64,000 nt of DNA from the NCBI GenBank assembly GCA_001917585.1, contig MNEG01000048.1:23362-87361 (forward strand), given 5' to 3'. The first letter of the stretch is position 1. Each line of letters opens with the position of its first letter. This DNA comes from Candidatus Rokubacteria bacterium 13_1_40CM_68_15 (GTDB lineage Bacteria; Methylomirabilota; Methylomirabilia; Rokubacteriales; CSP1-6). Positions 1 through 9,315 of the stretch are shown piece after piece. The position numbers and the translations under genes were made by a program. The notes under the pieces were generated by a model. That model searched no databases. It was given only the letters and a program-made list of their open reading frames with translations, and had not been told where the DNA came from.

Positions 1-663
1 GGCATGCGGCGTCGCATCATCGAAGAGTGCCTCATCGACGGTGAGCGCTGGGGGACCGTGTCGCAGGGCGGGATCGGATTCGACCAGATCTTCATCGCGT
101 CGTGCCGGCGCCGCGAGCTCGAGGGCCTGAGCCTGGCCGAGATCGCACGGCAGTCGGGCACCTCTCCCGCGGATTCGCTGATGAACCTGCTGCTCGAGCA
201 GACGTGCACCGTAGGGATGGTGAGCTTCTCGCAGAGCCTCGACAACGTGGCGAAGGTCCTCGCCCATCCCCTGCTCATGATCGGCTCCGACTCCATTCCG
301 CTGTTCGCCGGCGACGGCGACAAGCCGGGCAAGCCGCACCCGCGGACCTACGGGACCTTTCCCCGCGTTCTCGGCGAGTACGCGCGGGACCGCGGCCTGT
401 TCTCGCTGGAGACCGCGGTCCACAAGATGACGGGCATGCCGGCCGCCCGGCTGCGTCTTCCGAAGCGTGGTCTCCTGCGCGAGGGCTTCGCCGCCGACAT
501 CGCCGTCTTCAACCCGGCCACCGTCAGGGACGAGTCGACCTACGCCGACCCGCACCGCTATCCGACGGGGATTTCGTACGTTATCGTCAACGGCGCCGCG
601 GTGGTGGACGGCGGGCGGTTCGCCTCGTCGCGGCCGGGGCGTATCCTCAGGGCGGCTCACTAG
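1..663 (+). CDS. N-acyl-D-amino-acid deacylase (D-aminoacylase) family amidohydrolase, C-terminal part; the 5' end lies outside the window
   Basis: The open frame runs from base 1. The translation (GSDSIPLF...HPRTYGTFPRVLGEY...GLLREGFAADIAVFNP...VIVNG) matches my recollection of the D-aminoacylase C-terminal region. Confidence 0.7.
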   Translation, partial: GMRRRIIEECLIDGERWGTVSQGGIGFDQIFIASCRRRELEGLSLAEIARQSGTSPADSLMNLLLEQTCTVGMVSFSQSLDNVAKVLAHPLLMIGSDSIPLFAGDGDKPGKPHPRTYGTFPRVLGEYARDRGLFSLETAVHKMTGMPAARLRLPKRGLLREGFAADIAVFNPATVRDESTYADPHRYPTGISYVIVNGAAVVDGGRFASSRPGRILRAAH

Positions 664-768
664 AAGGGACGCGCATCGAGGGGCGGCACGGCTTTGCCGG
701 GCCGGCCCGAGCGCTGGGGGTTTGGGGGCCATTTCTGGGCCCCCATGAAATCGATTCAGGAGGTAGCA

Positions 769-2214
769 ATGCCGACCGGACAGATGTTCATCAACGGCAA
801 GTGGCAGGCGCCGCTGACCGGCGAGACCTACGCGCCCATCAACCCCGCCACCGAGGAGGCGCTCACGCCGGTCGCCAAGGGTGACGAGCGCGACATCGAT
901 GTCGCGGTGGCCGCGGCCCGCAAGGCCTTCGACGAGGGCCCGTGGCCTCGCATGAGCCCCCACGAGCGCGGCCGCCTCGTGTGGCGCCTCGGAGACCTCA
1001 TCCAGCAGAACCTCGACGAGATGGCAAAGCTCGAGAGTCTGTGCACGGGCAAGACGCTCTTCGACTCCGGCAAGGTCGAGATTCCGTTCGCGGCCGAGGT
1101 CTTCCGCTATTACGCCGGCTGGGCGACGAAGATCCACGGCGAGACGCTGCAGCTCCGCGAGAACGCCTTCACGTTCACGCTGCGTCAGCCGGTCGGCGTC
1201 GTCGGCGCCATCGTGCCCTGGAACTTCCCGTTCCTGCTGTCGTCGTGGAAGCTCGGGCCGGCGCTGGCCGCCGGCAACACCGTCGTGCTCAAGCCGGCAT
1301 CGCAGACGCCGCTGACCGCGCTCAAGTTCGCCGAGTTGGTTGCCGAGGCGGGATTGCCAGAAGGCGTCGTCAACGTGGTCACGGGGCCCGGTGGCAAGGT
1401 GGGGATGGCGATGGTCCGCGACCCCCGGGTGGACAAGATCGCGTTCACCGGCTCGACCGAAGTCGGCAAGCAGATCATGCGGGAGGCGGCGGGGACGCTG
1501 AAGCGGCTCTCGCTCGAGCTGGGCGGAAAGTCTCCCAACATCGTCTTCGCCGACGCGGACATGGAGGCCGCCATCCGCGGCGCCATGACCGGGATCTTCT
1601 ACAACAAGGGCGAGGTGTGCGCGGCCGGGTCGCGGCTCTTCCTCGAGGAAAAGGTCCACGACGAGTTCATGTCGAAGCTCACCGAGCGCGTGAAGGGCCT
1701 CAAGGTGGGTGATCCCATGGACAAGTCCACGCGGATGGGCCCGGTCGTCTCGCGGCAGCAGATGGACACCGTGCTCTCCTACATCGAGTCGGGCAAGCAG
1801 GAGGGCGCGCGGCTCGTCGCCGGCGGCGGTCGAGCTTCCGTCGGCGGCGGCAAGGGCTACTTCATCGAGCCGACGGTCTTCGACGGCGTGACCAACCGGA
1901 TGAAGATCGCCCGCGAGGAGATCTTCGGCCCGGTCCTGTCCGTGATTCCCTTCAAGTCCGTCGAGGACGGCATCGCCCAGGGCAACGCCACGACCTATGG
2001 GCTGGCGGCGGCGGTGTGGACACGCGACGTCAGCAAGGCGCTCAAGGCGGCGCGCGCCATCCGCGCCGGAACCGTATGGGTGAACGCCTACAACCTCTTC
2101 GACGCCGCGCTGCCGTTCGGTGGCTTCAAGGAATCGGGCTTCGGGCGCGAGATGGGCTCGGCCGGTCTCGATCACTACACGGAGGTGAAGACCGTCTGGG
2201 TGGACCTGAGCTAG
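769..2214 (+). CDS. NAD(P)+-dependent aldehyde dehydrogenase
   Basis: ALDH motifs are present: LELGGKSPNIVF (catalytic Glu) and EVCAAGSRLF (catalytic Cys). I chose the ATG at 769, preceded by caggagg at 757-763, over the upstream ATG at 694. Confidence 0.9.
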   Translation: MPTGQMFINGKWQAPLTGETYAPINPATEEALTPVAKGDERDIDVAVAAARKAFDEGPWPRMSPHERGRLVWRLGDLIQQNLDEMAKLESLCTGKTLFDSGKVEIPFAAEVFRYYAGWATKIHGETLQLRENAFTFTLRQPVGVVGAIVPWNFPFLLSSWKLGPALAAGNTVVLKPASQTPLTALKFAELVAEAGLPEGVVNVVTGPGGKVGMAMVRDPRVDKIAFTGSTEVGKQIMREAAGTLKRLSLELGGKSPNIVFADADMEAAIRGAMTGIFYNKGEVCAAGSRLFLEEKVHDEFMSKLTERVKGLKVGDPMDKSTRMGPVVSRQQMDTVLSYIESGKQEGARLVAGGGRASVGGGKGYFIEPTVFDGVTNRMKIAREEIFGPVLSVIPFKSVEDGIAQGNATTYGLAAAVWTRDVSKALKAARAIRAGTVWVNAYNLFDAALPFGGFKESGFGREMGSAGLDHYTEVKTVWVDLS

Positions 2215-2222
2215 GTCAGCGC

Positions 2223-3089
2223 GTGAGACGCTTCCAGCTCGCTCTCCCGCGCAACATCGACGAGTGCGTGAAGTTTCTCGCCGAGCGAGGACCCGAGACC
2301 AAGGTCATCGCGGGCGGGACCGATCTGCTGCCCCAGATGAAGAACGGGCTCCTCAAGCCGGCCGCGGTGGTCGATCTCTCCGGCGTGGCCGACCTGCGCA
2401 CCCTGCGGCGTCAGGACGGCAGCGGCCTCCGCGTCGGCGCCTCCGTGACGGCGCGCGAGATCGAGCGGGACGCGTACGTCCGCTCGGCGTATCCGGCGCT
2501 CGCCGAGAGCGGCGCGCTGGTCGGGTCGGTTCAGATCCGAAATCTCGCGACCGTGGGCGGCAACCTGTGCAACGCGGCGCCGTCGGCCGACATGGCGCCG
2601 CCGCTCCTGGCTCTCGAGGCCGAAGCCGTCGTCGCCGGTCCCCGCGGTCGCCGCCGGGTTTCTCTGTCCGATTTCTTCACCGGCGTGCGACGCACCGTGC
2701 TGGCGCCCGACGAGCTGCTCGTCGAGCTGATCGTGCCGGCGCTGGGGCCCCGAAGCGGCGGGCAGTACCTGCGCCACACACCACGCCGCGAGCTCGACAT
2801 CGCCGTAGTCGGCGTGGCCTCGCAGATCACGATGTCGGATGGCGTCTGCGCCAAGGCGAGGATCGCGCTCGCCGCCGTGGCGCCGACGCCGATACGGGCG
2901 ACCGCCGCCGAGCAGGCGCTGGAAGGCCGGCCGCTGACGGCCGAGCAGATCGGGCGGGCCGCCACGCTCGCGGTCGAGGCGGCGCGGCCGATCAGCGATC
3001 AGCGCGGCTCGGCCGATTTCCGCCGTCATCTCGTGGCAGTCTTGACCCGCCGTACCCTGACGACGGCGCTCGAACGCGCCGCTCGCTGA
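2223..3089 (+). CDS. Xanthine dehydrogenase/CO dehydrogenase family, FAD-binding medium subunit (CoxM-like)
   Basis: A GTG start at 2223 gives VRRFQLALPRNIDE...VIAGGTDLLPQMK, typical of the molybdopterin dehydrogenase FAD-binding domain. The longer ORF from 2016 overlaps the ALDH gene. Confidence 0.85.
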   Translation: MRRFQLALPRNIDECVKFLAERGPETKVIAGGTDLLPQMKNGLLKPAAVVDLSGVADLRTLRRQDGSGLRVGASVTAREIERDAYVRSAYPALAESGALVGSVQIRNLATVGGNLCNAAPSADMAPPLLALEAEAVVAGPRGRRRVSLSDFFTGVRRTVLAPDELLVELIVPALGPRSGGQYLRHTPRRELDIAVVGVASQITMSDGVCAKARIALAAVAPTPIRATAAEQALEGRPLTAEQIGRAATLAVEAARPISDQRGSADFRRHLVAVLTRRTLTTALERAAR

Positions 3090-3108
3090 GTCTCCTGGAG
3101 GGATTCTC

Positions 3109-3591
3109 GTGGCCAAGCAGGTGCTGAGCTTCACGCTGAACGACAGCGAGACCGACGTGCTCGTCCAGCCCTACGTGACGTTACTGGATGCGCTCCGCGA
3201 GGATCTCGAGCTGACGGGGCCCAAGGAAGGCTGCGGCACCGGCGATTGCGGCGCGTGCACCGTGCATCTCGACGGCAAGCCGGTGGCGAGCTGTCTCGTG
3301 CTGGCTCTCCAGGCCCGGGGCCGCTCCGTGCGCACGATCGAGGGACTGGGCCGCTTCGACGCCCTGCATCCGCTCCAGGACGCCTTCGTGAGGCTCGGCG
3401 TGCCACAGTGCGGGTTCTGCATCCCCGGAGTGCTCATGGCGGCCGCGGCGCTGCTCGCCGAGAATCCGCACCCGAGCGAGGAAGAGATCCGCTACGGGAT
3501 CGCCGGTAATCTCTGCCGCTGCACCGGCTACACGAAGATGCTGGCGGCGATCACCGAGGCCGCGGGCGTCGCGCCCGCCCGGAGGGCTTGA
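3109..3591 (+). CDS. (2Fe-2S)-binding small subunit of the molybdenum hydroxylase (CoxS-like)
   Basis: Cys clusters CGTGDCGACTV, QCGFCIPG and CRCTGY are present. GTG start with ggaggg 8 nt upstream. Confidence 0.9.
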   Translation: MAKQVLSFTLNDSETDVLVQPYVTLLDALREDLELTGPKEGCGTGDCGACTVHLDGKPVASCLVLALQARGRSVRTIEGLGRFDALHPLQDAFVRLGVPQCGFCIPGVLMAAAALLAENPHPSEEEIRYGIAGNLCRCTGYTKMLAAITEAAGVAPARRA

Positions 3592-3595
3592 GTCC

Positions 3596-5926
3596 ATGGC
3601 CACGATGAAGACCACGCGCGACGTGAAGGGCGTCGGGCTCGCCATCCCGCGCCCGGACGGCCCCGAAAAGGTCACCGGCCAGGTCCAGTACGTCGCCGAT
3701 CTGAAGCCGCGCGGCCTGCTGCACGCCAAGCTGTTCCGCAGTCCGCACGCCCACGCGCGCGTCGTCAGCATCGACACGACGCGGGCCCGCGCGCTTCCGG
3801 GAGTGCGCGCGGTGCTCACCGCCGCCGACATCCCCGAGCTGAAGCGCAAGGCGCCAACGCGCGCTCACGCCGTGCTGGCGATCGACCGCGTGGTCTTCGT
3901 GGGGCAACCGATCGCGGCCGTCGCCGCTGACGAGCTGGCGATCGCCGAAGAAGCCCTCGACCTCATCGAGGTTCGGTACGAGGTGCTGCGCGCCGCCGTC
4001 GATCCGCTCGAGTCCATGAAGCCGGGCGCGCCGCCCGTGGCCGACGCAGGAACCGAGGCGGACACCAGCGAAGCGCTCGCCCACGGCAGCGTGGCGGGCG
4101 TGGCGACCGAGGCGAAGCCGTCGAAAGCGGTCAACATCTCCCAGCAGGCGAAGCTGCAGCGTGGCGACGTCGCCAAGGGATTCGCCGAATCCGACGTCGT
4201 GATCGAGAAGACCTATCGCGTGCCGATGGTCCACCAGGGCTACCTCGAGCCGCACGCCGTGCTGGCCCAGTGGGATACCAACGGCCTGCTGACGCTCTGG
4301 GTGAGCACGCAAGGGTCGTTCAACACACGCTCCGAGGTCGCCGACGTGCTGGAGCTGCCGGAGAACCGCATCAAGGTGATCCCGATGGAGTGCGGCGGCG
4401 GCTTCGGCGGCAAGATCCGGGCGCTGTGCGAGCCGATCACGGCGATCCTCGCTCGGGCCACCGGCCGTCCGGTACGTTACGTGATGACGCGGCGGGAGGA
4501 ACTGGAGGCCGGCAATCCGGCCCCCCAGGTCATCATCCGTCTGAAGACGGGCGTCAAGCGGGACGGCACGCTCATGGCCCTGGAGGCCGAGTCGGTCATC
4601 GAGTCTGGCGCGTTCTCCGGGGCGGTGCTCACGGTGAGCGGCGTCTTCCTCGCCAGCCTGTACCTCTGGCCCGCCTTCGAGGTCCGGGGCTTCGAGGTCC
4701 TTACCCACAAGCCGAGCATCGCCGCCTACCGTGCGCCTGTCGCCCCCCACACGATCTTTGCGCTCGACTCGCACATGGAGCAGATCGCCCGCGTCCTGGG
4801 CGTGGACCCCGTCGAGTTCCGGCTCCGCCACCTGCAGCGCGAAGGCAGCCCGATGGCCAACAACCAGCCGTGGCTGAACAACGGCGGCGTGGAGGTGCTG
4901 ACGCGGATCGCCGAGCATCCGTTCTGGAAGCAGCGTGCGGAGTGGAAGGCCAGCGGCGACGCGCGGCGCCTCCGCGGGACCGGGCTCGCGCTGGGTGGGT
5001 GGCTGGGCGGGCTGCAGCCGACCGGCGCCACCGTGCGTCTCAACCCCGACGGGTCACTCAGCGTGCTCACCGGCCAGGTGGACATCGCCGGCACCAACAT
5101 CGCGCTGGCCCAGATCGCCGCGTCCGCCTACGGCATCGACGTCGACAAGGTCCGCATCACCACCGGCGACACCGACGTCGCCCCGGTCACGGGTCTCAGC
5201 GCCGGCAGCAAGACCGTCTACACCGTTGGTGTGGCCGTGATGGAAGCTGCCAAAGACGCGCGCAACCAGACGCTGGAGATCGCCGCCAAGGAGATGGAGG
5301 CCTCGATCCACGACCTCGAGATCGAGAACGAGCGCGTCGTCGTGCGCGGCCTGCCCGATCGTGGGGTCACGCTGGCCCAGATCGGCAAGAAGGGCAACCT
5401 CTACATGTCGAAGGTGCCGCCGGTCCTCGGCGTGAGCCACCCGGCGTTCTCACAGCAGGCGCCGGCGTTCGCGGCCGAGCTGGCGCGGATCGAGGTCGAT
5501 CCCGAGACGGGCGACGTCACGCTCCACGGCTTCGTGGTCGTCCAGGACGTCGGCAAGGCCATCAATCCGCTCGGGGTCGAGGGACAGATGCAAGGCGGCG
5601 CCGTGCAGAGTCTCGGGATGGCGCTGACCGAGGCGCTCACCTACGACGATGCCGGCCGGCTGACGAATCCGAGCCTGCTCGATTACCGCAAGCTGACCGC
5701 TGCCGACCTGCCGAACATCGAGACCATCATCGTGGAGAAGCCGTCGCCGGCCGGCCCGTTCGGCGCGCGCGGCGTCGGCGAGCCACCGATCGTGCCCGCG
5801 CCGGCCGCCATCGCCAACGCGGTCCACGACGCGACCGGCGTGCGGCTCACCGAGCTGCCGCTCACGCCCGAGCGGATCGCCCTGGCCATCGCGGCCCAGC
5901 CGGCGGCACGCCGCCCGGCGAGCTAG
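3596..5926 (+). CDS. Molybdopterin-binding large subunit of a xanthine dehydrogenase/aldehyde oxidase family enzyme
   Basis: 776 aa with an N-terminal a/b-hammerhead-like region (KVTGQVQYVADL...HAKLFRSPHAHARV) and GGGFGGK. It lies immediately after the FAD and FeS subunit genes. Confidence 0.9.
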   Translation: MATMKTTRDVKGVGLAIPRPDGPEKVTGQVQYVADLKPRGLLHAKLFRSPHAHARVVSIDTTRARALPGVRAVLTAADIPELKRKAPTRAHAVLAIDRVVFVGQPIAAVAADELAIAEEALDLIEVRYEVLRAAVDPLESMKPGAPPVADAGTEADTSEALAHGSVAGVATEAKPSKAVNISQQAKLQRGDVAKGFAESDVVIEKTYRVPMVHQGYLEPHAVLAQWDTNGLLTLWVSTQGSFNTRSEVADVLELPENRIKVIPMECGGGFGGKIRALCEPITAILARATGRPVRYVMTRREELEAGNPAPQVIIRLKTGVKRDGTLMALEAESVIESGAFSGAVLTVSGVFLASLYLWPAFEVRGFEVLTHKPSIAAYRAPVAPHTIFALDSHMEQIARVLGVDPVEFRLRHLQREGSPMANNQPWLNNGGVEVLTRIAEHPFWKQRAEWKASGDARRLRGTGLALGGWLGGLQPTGATVRLNPDGSLSVLTGQVDIAGTNIALAQIAASAYGIDVDKVRITTGDTDVAPVTGLSAGSKTVYTVGVAVMEAAKDARNQTLEIAAKEMEASIHDLEIENERVVVRGLPDRGVTLAQIGKKGNLYMSKVPPVLGVSHPAFSQQAPAFAAELARIEVDPETGDVTLHGFVVVQDVGKAINPLGVEGQMQGGAVQSLGMALTEALTYDDAGRLTNPSLLDYRKLTAADLPNIETIIVEKPSPAGPFGARGVGEPPIVPAPAAIANAVHDATGVRLTELPLTPERIALAIAAQPAARRPAS

Positions 5927-5967
5927 CCCCACGGCGAGTCCGCCTGCACAGTACCGGCGCACCTGGA

Positions 5968-5987
5968 ATATGCTTTAATGAGCATAT
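5968..5987. promoter_or_regulatory. AT-rich inverted repeat atatgct-N6-agcatat, a candidate operator 16 nt upstream of the ModE-like gene
   Basis: Read directly from the sequence: aatATATGCTttaatgAGCATATa. It is a conspicuous AT-rich island in GC-rich DNA, located between the Mo-enzyme operon and the molybdate-regulator/transporter genes. Confidence 0.4.
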
Positions 5988-6002
5988 AGACGAGCCTTTC
6001 GC

Positions 6003-6332
6003 ATGAAGCCCAAGCTCAAGGTCTGGGTGACGTTCGGAGCCGACCTCAAGTTCGGAGACGGCCGCGCTCGACTCCTGGAATCCATCGCGCGGCGCGGCTC
6101 GCTTCGAAAGGCGGCCGAAGACTTCGAGATGTCCTATCGCAACGCGTGGGGCTACCTGCGGGACCTGGAAAGCGCCGCGGGGTTCAAGTTCGTGGAGCGG
6201 GCGCCGGGAGGAGGACCGCAGAGTGGGATGCGCCTGACCCGGGCCGGCCAGCGTTTCCTGACCCGCTACTGGAAGTTCCGGAATGGTCTCGATGACGCCA
6301 TGAAGCGGAATTTCGAGCGATCGTTTCGATGA
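6003..6332 (+). CDS. ModE N-terminal-domain-like (LysR-type winged-helix) transcriptional regulator, without Mop/TOBE domains
   Basis: 109 aa. GDGRARLLESIARRGSLRKAAEDFEMSYRNAWGYL resembles the ModE N-terminal HTH. It is coupled by ATGA to the next gene. Confidence 0.65.
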   Translation: MKPKLKVWVTFGADLKFGDGRARLLESIARRGSLRKAAEDFEMSYRNAWGYLRDLESAAGFKFVERAPGGGPQSGMRLTRAGQRFLTRYWKFRNGLDDAMKRNFERSFR

Positions 6333-7180
6333 CGGTGCGCCCGAGGGTGATCGCGCTGATTGCCGCGCTCGTGGTCGGCGCGGTGGCGCCGCTCCCGGGA
6401 CACGCCCAGCGCGCACCGGTCATCCTGGCCACCACGACGAGCACGCAGGACTCCGGACTGCTCGACGTCCTCGTTCCGACGTTCGAGAAGCAGACCGGGT
6501 ACTCGGTGAAGACGATCGCCGTGGGGACGGGCCAGTCGCTGGCGCTGGCGGGGCGCGGAGAAGCCGACGTGGCCCTCTGCCATGCGCCGAGCCTCGAGAA
6601 GAAATACGTCGCCGACGGGAAGCTGCTCAACCGGCGGCTCGTCATGTACAACGACTTCGTCATCGTCGGGCCGGCCGCCGACCCCGCGCAGGTGAAGGGA
6701 ACGACGGCGGCCGCGGCGATGAAGCGCATCGCGGCCAGCGGATCGCCGTTCGTCTCCCGCGGCGACAACTCGGGCACGCATCAGCTGGAGAAGATGCTGT
6801 GGAAGCTCGCGGGCGTCGAGCCGAACGTCGGCTCGTACATCGAGTCCGGCCAGGCAATGGGGGCCACGCTCGGGATCGCCGATGATCGCGACGCCTACAC
6901 TCTCACGGATCGGGCGACCCTGCTCGCGTTTCAAAAGCGCCTCCGCCTGCCCATCCTGGTGGAAGGCGACAAGGCGCTCCTCAACGTTTACTCGGTGCTC
7001 CAGGTGAATCCGGCCAACGGCCCGCGGGTGAACGCCACCGGTGGCAAGGCGTTCGCCGACTTCATGATCGCGCCGGAGACCCAGCGCGTGATCAAGACCT
7101 TCGGCGTGGAGAAGTTCGGCCAGCCGCTGTTCGTCCCGGGCGCCGGGACGAACGAGGCCGAGGTCGGAGAGAAGAAGTAG
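6329..7180 (+). CDS. tupA: Tungstate (TupA-type) ABC transporter substrate-binding protein
   Basis: Signal peptide followed by ILATTTSTQDSGLLDVLVPTFEKQTGY, the TupA-type TTTS...DSGL anion-binding signature as I recall it. Confidence 0.75.
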   Translation: MTVRPRVIALIAALVVGAVAPLPGHAQRAPVILATTTSTQDSGLLDVLVPTFEKQTGYSVKTIAVGTGQSLALAGRGEADVALCHAPSLEKKYVADGKLLNRRLVMYNDFVIVGPAADPAQVKGTTAAAAMKRIAASGSPFVSRGDNSGTHQLEKMLWKLAGVEPNVGSYIESGQAMGATLGIADDRDAYTLTDRATLLAFQKRLRLPILVEGDKALLNVYSVLQVNPANGPRVNATGGKAFADFMIAPETQRVIKTFGVEKFGQPLFVPGAGTNEAEVGEKK

Positions 7181-7875
7181 TGGATCTCGTTCTCGACGGC
7201 GTCCGCCAGGCGCTTGCCCTGCTGGCATCCGGCGATGCCGAGATCCGTGCGGTCCTCTGGCTGTCGTTGCTGGTCTCGAGTACCGCGACGTTCGTGGCAC
7301 TGCTCGTCGGCGTTCCCGCCGGCGTGGTGCTCGCCCTCGGCCGCTTTCCGGGGCGGCGGTTGCTCATCAGCGCGGTGAACGCCGGCATGGGCCTGCCCCC
7401 GGTCGTGGTCGGGCTCTTCGTCTCGATCCTGCTCTGGCGGAGCGGCCCGCTCGGAGCGCTGGAGATCCTCTACACCCCGGCCGCGCTGATCGTGGCTCAG
7501 GCGGTCATCGCCTGGCCGATCGTCACCGGGATCACGCTGGCCGCCGTGCAGAACGTCCCGGAAGCCTTCCGTCTCCAGCTGAAGGCGCTCGGCGCCTCGC
7601 GCACCCAGATAGCCTGGGTCGTGCTCCGGGAGGCGCGCCTGCCGATGCTGGCGGCGATCATGGCGGGCTTCGGCGCCGTCATCTCCGAGATCGGCGCCTC
7701 GCTGATGGTCGGCGGCAACATCAAGGGGCAGACGCGCACGCTGACGACGGCGATGGTCCTGGAAACCGGCAAAGGAAACTTCGACTCCGCCATCGCGCTG
7801 GCGGTCCTGCTGCTCGTGCTGATCTTTCTCGTCAACTGGGGACTCACGAGCGTCCAGCAGCGCCGGACGCCTTGA
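7180..7875 (+). CDS. tupB: Tungstate ABC transporter permease (TupB-type)
   Basis: 231-aa polytopic membrane protein directly after tupA (TAGTG overlap), with an ABC permease EAA-like region (LGASRTQIAWVVLREARLP). Confidence 0.75.
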   Translation: MDLVLDGVRQALALLASGDAEIRAVLWLSLLVSSTATFVALLVGVPAGVVLALGRFPGRRLLISAVNAGMGLPPVVVGLFVSILLWRSGPLGALEILYTPAALIVAQAVIAWPIVTGITLAAVQNVPEAFRLQLKALGASRTQIAWVVLREARLPMLAAIMAGFGAVISEIGASLMVGGNIKGQTRTLTTAMVLETGKGNFDSAIALAVLLLVLIFLVNWGLTSVQQRRTP

Positions 7876-7898
7876 GCACGCGGGGTATACTCGCGGCG

Positions 7899-8654
7899 AT
7901 GCGCCTCCTGGTCGCGCTGGTCGTCACGCTCATGGCGGTCGTCACGACGGCTCGGGCCGCGCCGTCCCCGCTGACGGTGTTCGCGGCCAGCGATCTCGCG
8001 CTGGCCTTCCAGGAGATCGTCCCGCGCTTCGAGAAGGCCACCGGCAGCAGCGTCACGCTGGTCCTGGGGTCGTCGGGGAACTTCGCGCAGCAGATCGAAA
8101 ACGGCGCGCCCGCCGACGTGTTCTTCTCGGCCGACGTCGCCTTCGTCGATCGGCTCGTGCAGCGCGGCTTCATCATCCCGGAGACGCGCGCGATCTATGG
8201 CCAGGGACGCATCGTGCTGGCCGCGGCGAAGTCGGCGGGGCCGAAGCTCACCGATCTCCGTCAGCTCCTTGAGCCGCGCGTCCGGCACGTGAGCATCGCC
8301 AACCCCGTCCATGCACCGTATGGACGAGCCGCGGAGCAGGCCCTGCGCGCCGCCGGGCTCTGGGACTCGGTGAAACCGAAGCTCGTGTACGCCGAGAACA
8401 TCCGCCAGGCGCTGCAATACGTGCAGACCGGCGCTGTCGAGGCGGGCATCGTCGCGCTCGCCATCGCCAGCGTGCCGGAGATCGAGTGGGTGGCCATCGA
8501 CCCGCGCCTCCACGCGCCCCTCAATCAGGCCGCCGGCGTGCTGCGGCGCAGCGGACGGCCGGAGCTCGGTATGGCACTCGTGCAGTTCGTCAATGGGGCG
8601 GAGGGACGGCCGATCATGAAGCGGTTCGGCTTCATGCTGCCGGGCGAGTTCTGA
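7899..8654 (+). CDS. modA: Molybdate ABC transporter substrate-binding protein
   Basis: LTVFAASDLALAFQEI...GSSGNFAQQIENGAPADVFFSAD is ModA-like. I prefer the ATG at 7899, which begins a signal peptide MRLLVALVVTLMAVVTTARA. The TTG at 7872 is the alternative. Confidence 0.85.
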   Translation: MRLLVALVVTLMAVVTTARAAPSPLTVFAASDLALAFQEIVPRFEKATGSSVTLVLGSSGNFAQQIENGAPADVFFSADVAFVDRLVQRGFIIPETRAIYGQGRIVLAAAKSAGPKLTDLRQLLEPRVRHVSIANPVHAPYGRAAEQALRAAGLWDSVKPKLVYAENIRQALQYVQTGAVEAGIVALAIASVPEIEWVAIDPRLHAPLNQAAGVLRRSGRPELGMALVQFVNGAEGRPIMKRFGFMLPGEF

Positions 8655-9310
8655 GCGTCGACCTCTTTCCCCTGTGGCTGTCGCTCCGCGTGTCGGCGGT
8701 CGCGACGGCCGTCACGCTGCTGATCGGCCTGCCCCTGGCGTGGCTGCTGTCTCACCGGCGCTTCCCCGGCCGTGACGTGCTGGAGGCCGTCGTCGTGCTG
8801 CCCCTCATCCTGCCGCCGACGGTGCTCGGCTACTATCTCCTGCTGCTCATCGGGCGCCAGGGCCCGGTCGGCGCCGCGTTGGCCGCCGCCGGTATCGAGA
8901 TCGCATTCACGTGGCGCGCGGCCGTCGTCGCGGCGGCCGTCGGGTCGATTGCGCTGCTGATCAAGGCCGCCCAGGCCGGTTTCGAAGGCGTCGACCGGCG
9001 GCTCGAGCAGGCCGCGCGTACGCTGGGTCGCTCGGAATGGAGCATCTTCTGGAGCGTGACGCTGCCACTCGCGTGGCGCGCGGTGCTCGCCGGTACCGTG
9101 CTCGCATTCTGTCGCGCCATGGGTGAGTTCGGGATCACGCTGATGGTGGCCGGCTCGATCCCGGGCCGCACCCAGACCCTGCCCCTGGCCATCTACGATC
9201 GCGTGCAGGCCAACCAGATGACGGACGCCAACGCGCTCGCGCTCATCGCCGTCGGCGTCGTGGTCGTCCTGATCTTCGGCGTCAGCCGGCTGGCCCGGCT
9301 GAGGTACTGA
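8651..9310 (+). CDS. modB: Molybdate ABC transporter permease; the start codon is uncertain
   Basis: The homologous part begins at DLFPLWLSLRVS..., with the EAA loop LEQAARTLGRSEWSIFWSVTLP. The only in-frame start-like codon near the expected N-terminus is CTG at 8651. The ATG at 8486 would overlap modA by about 170 nt. Confidence 0.75.
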   Translation: MSVDLFPLWLSLRVSAVATAVTLLIGLPLAWLLSHRRFPGRDVLEAVVVLPLILPPTVLGYYLLLLIGRQGPVGAALAAAGIEIAFTWRAAVVAAAVGSIALLIKAAQAGFEGVDRRLEQAARTLGRSEWSIFWSVTLPLAWRAVLAGTVLAFCRAMGEFGITLMVAGSIPGRTQTLPLAIYDRVQANQMTDANALALIAVGVVVVLIFGVSRLARLRY

Positions 9311-9315
9311 CGGGC

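Noticed and set aside
8486-8650. The ATG at 8486 was considered as the modB start.
   Set aside because: It would add 55 Arg, Ala and Gly-rich residues overlapping the 3' end of modA. ModB homology begins at about 8654. The true start codon remains uncertain, with CTG at 8651 the only nearby candidate.
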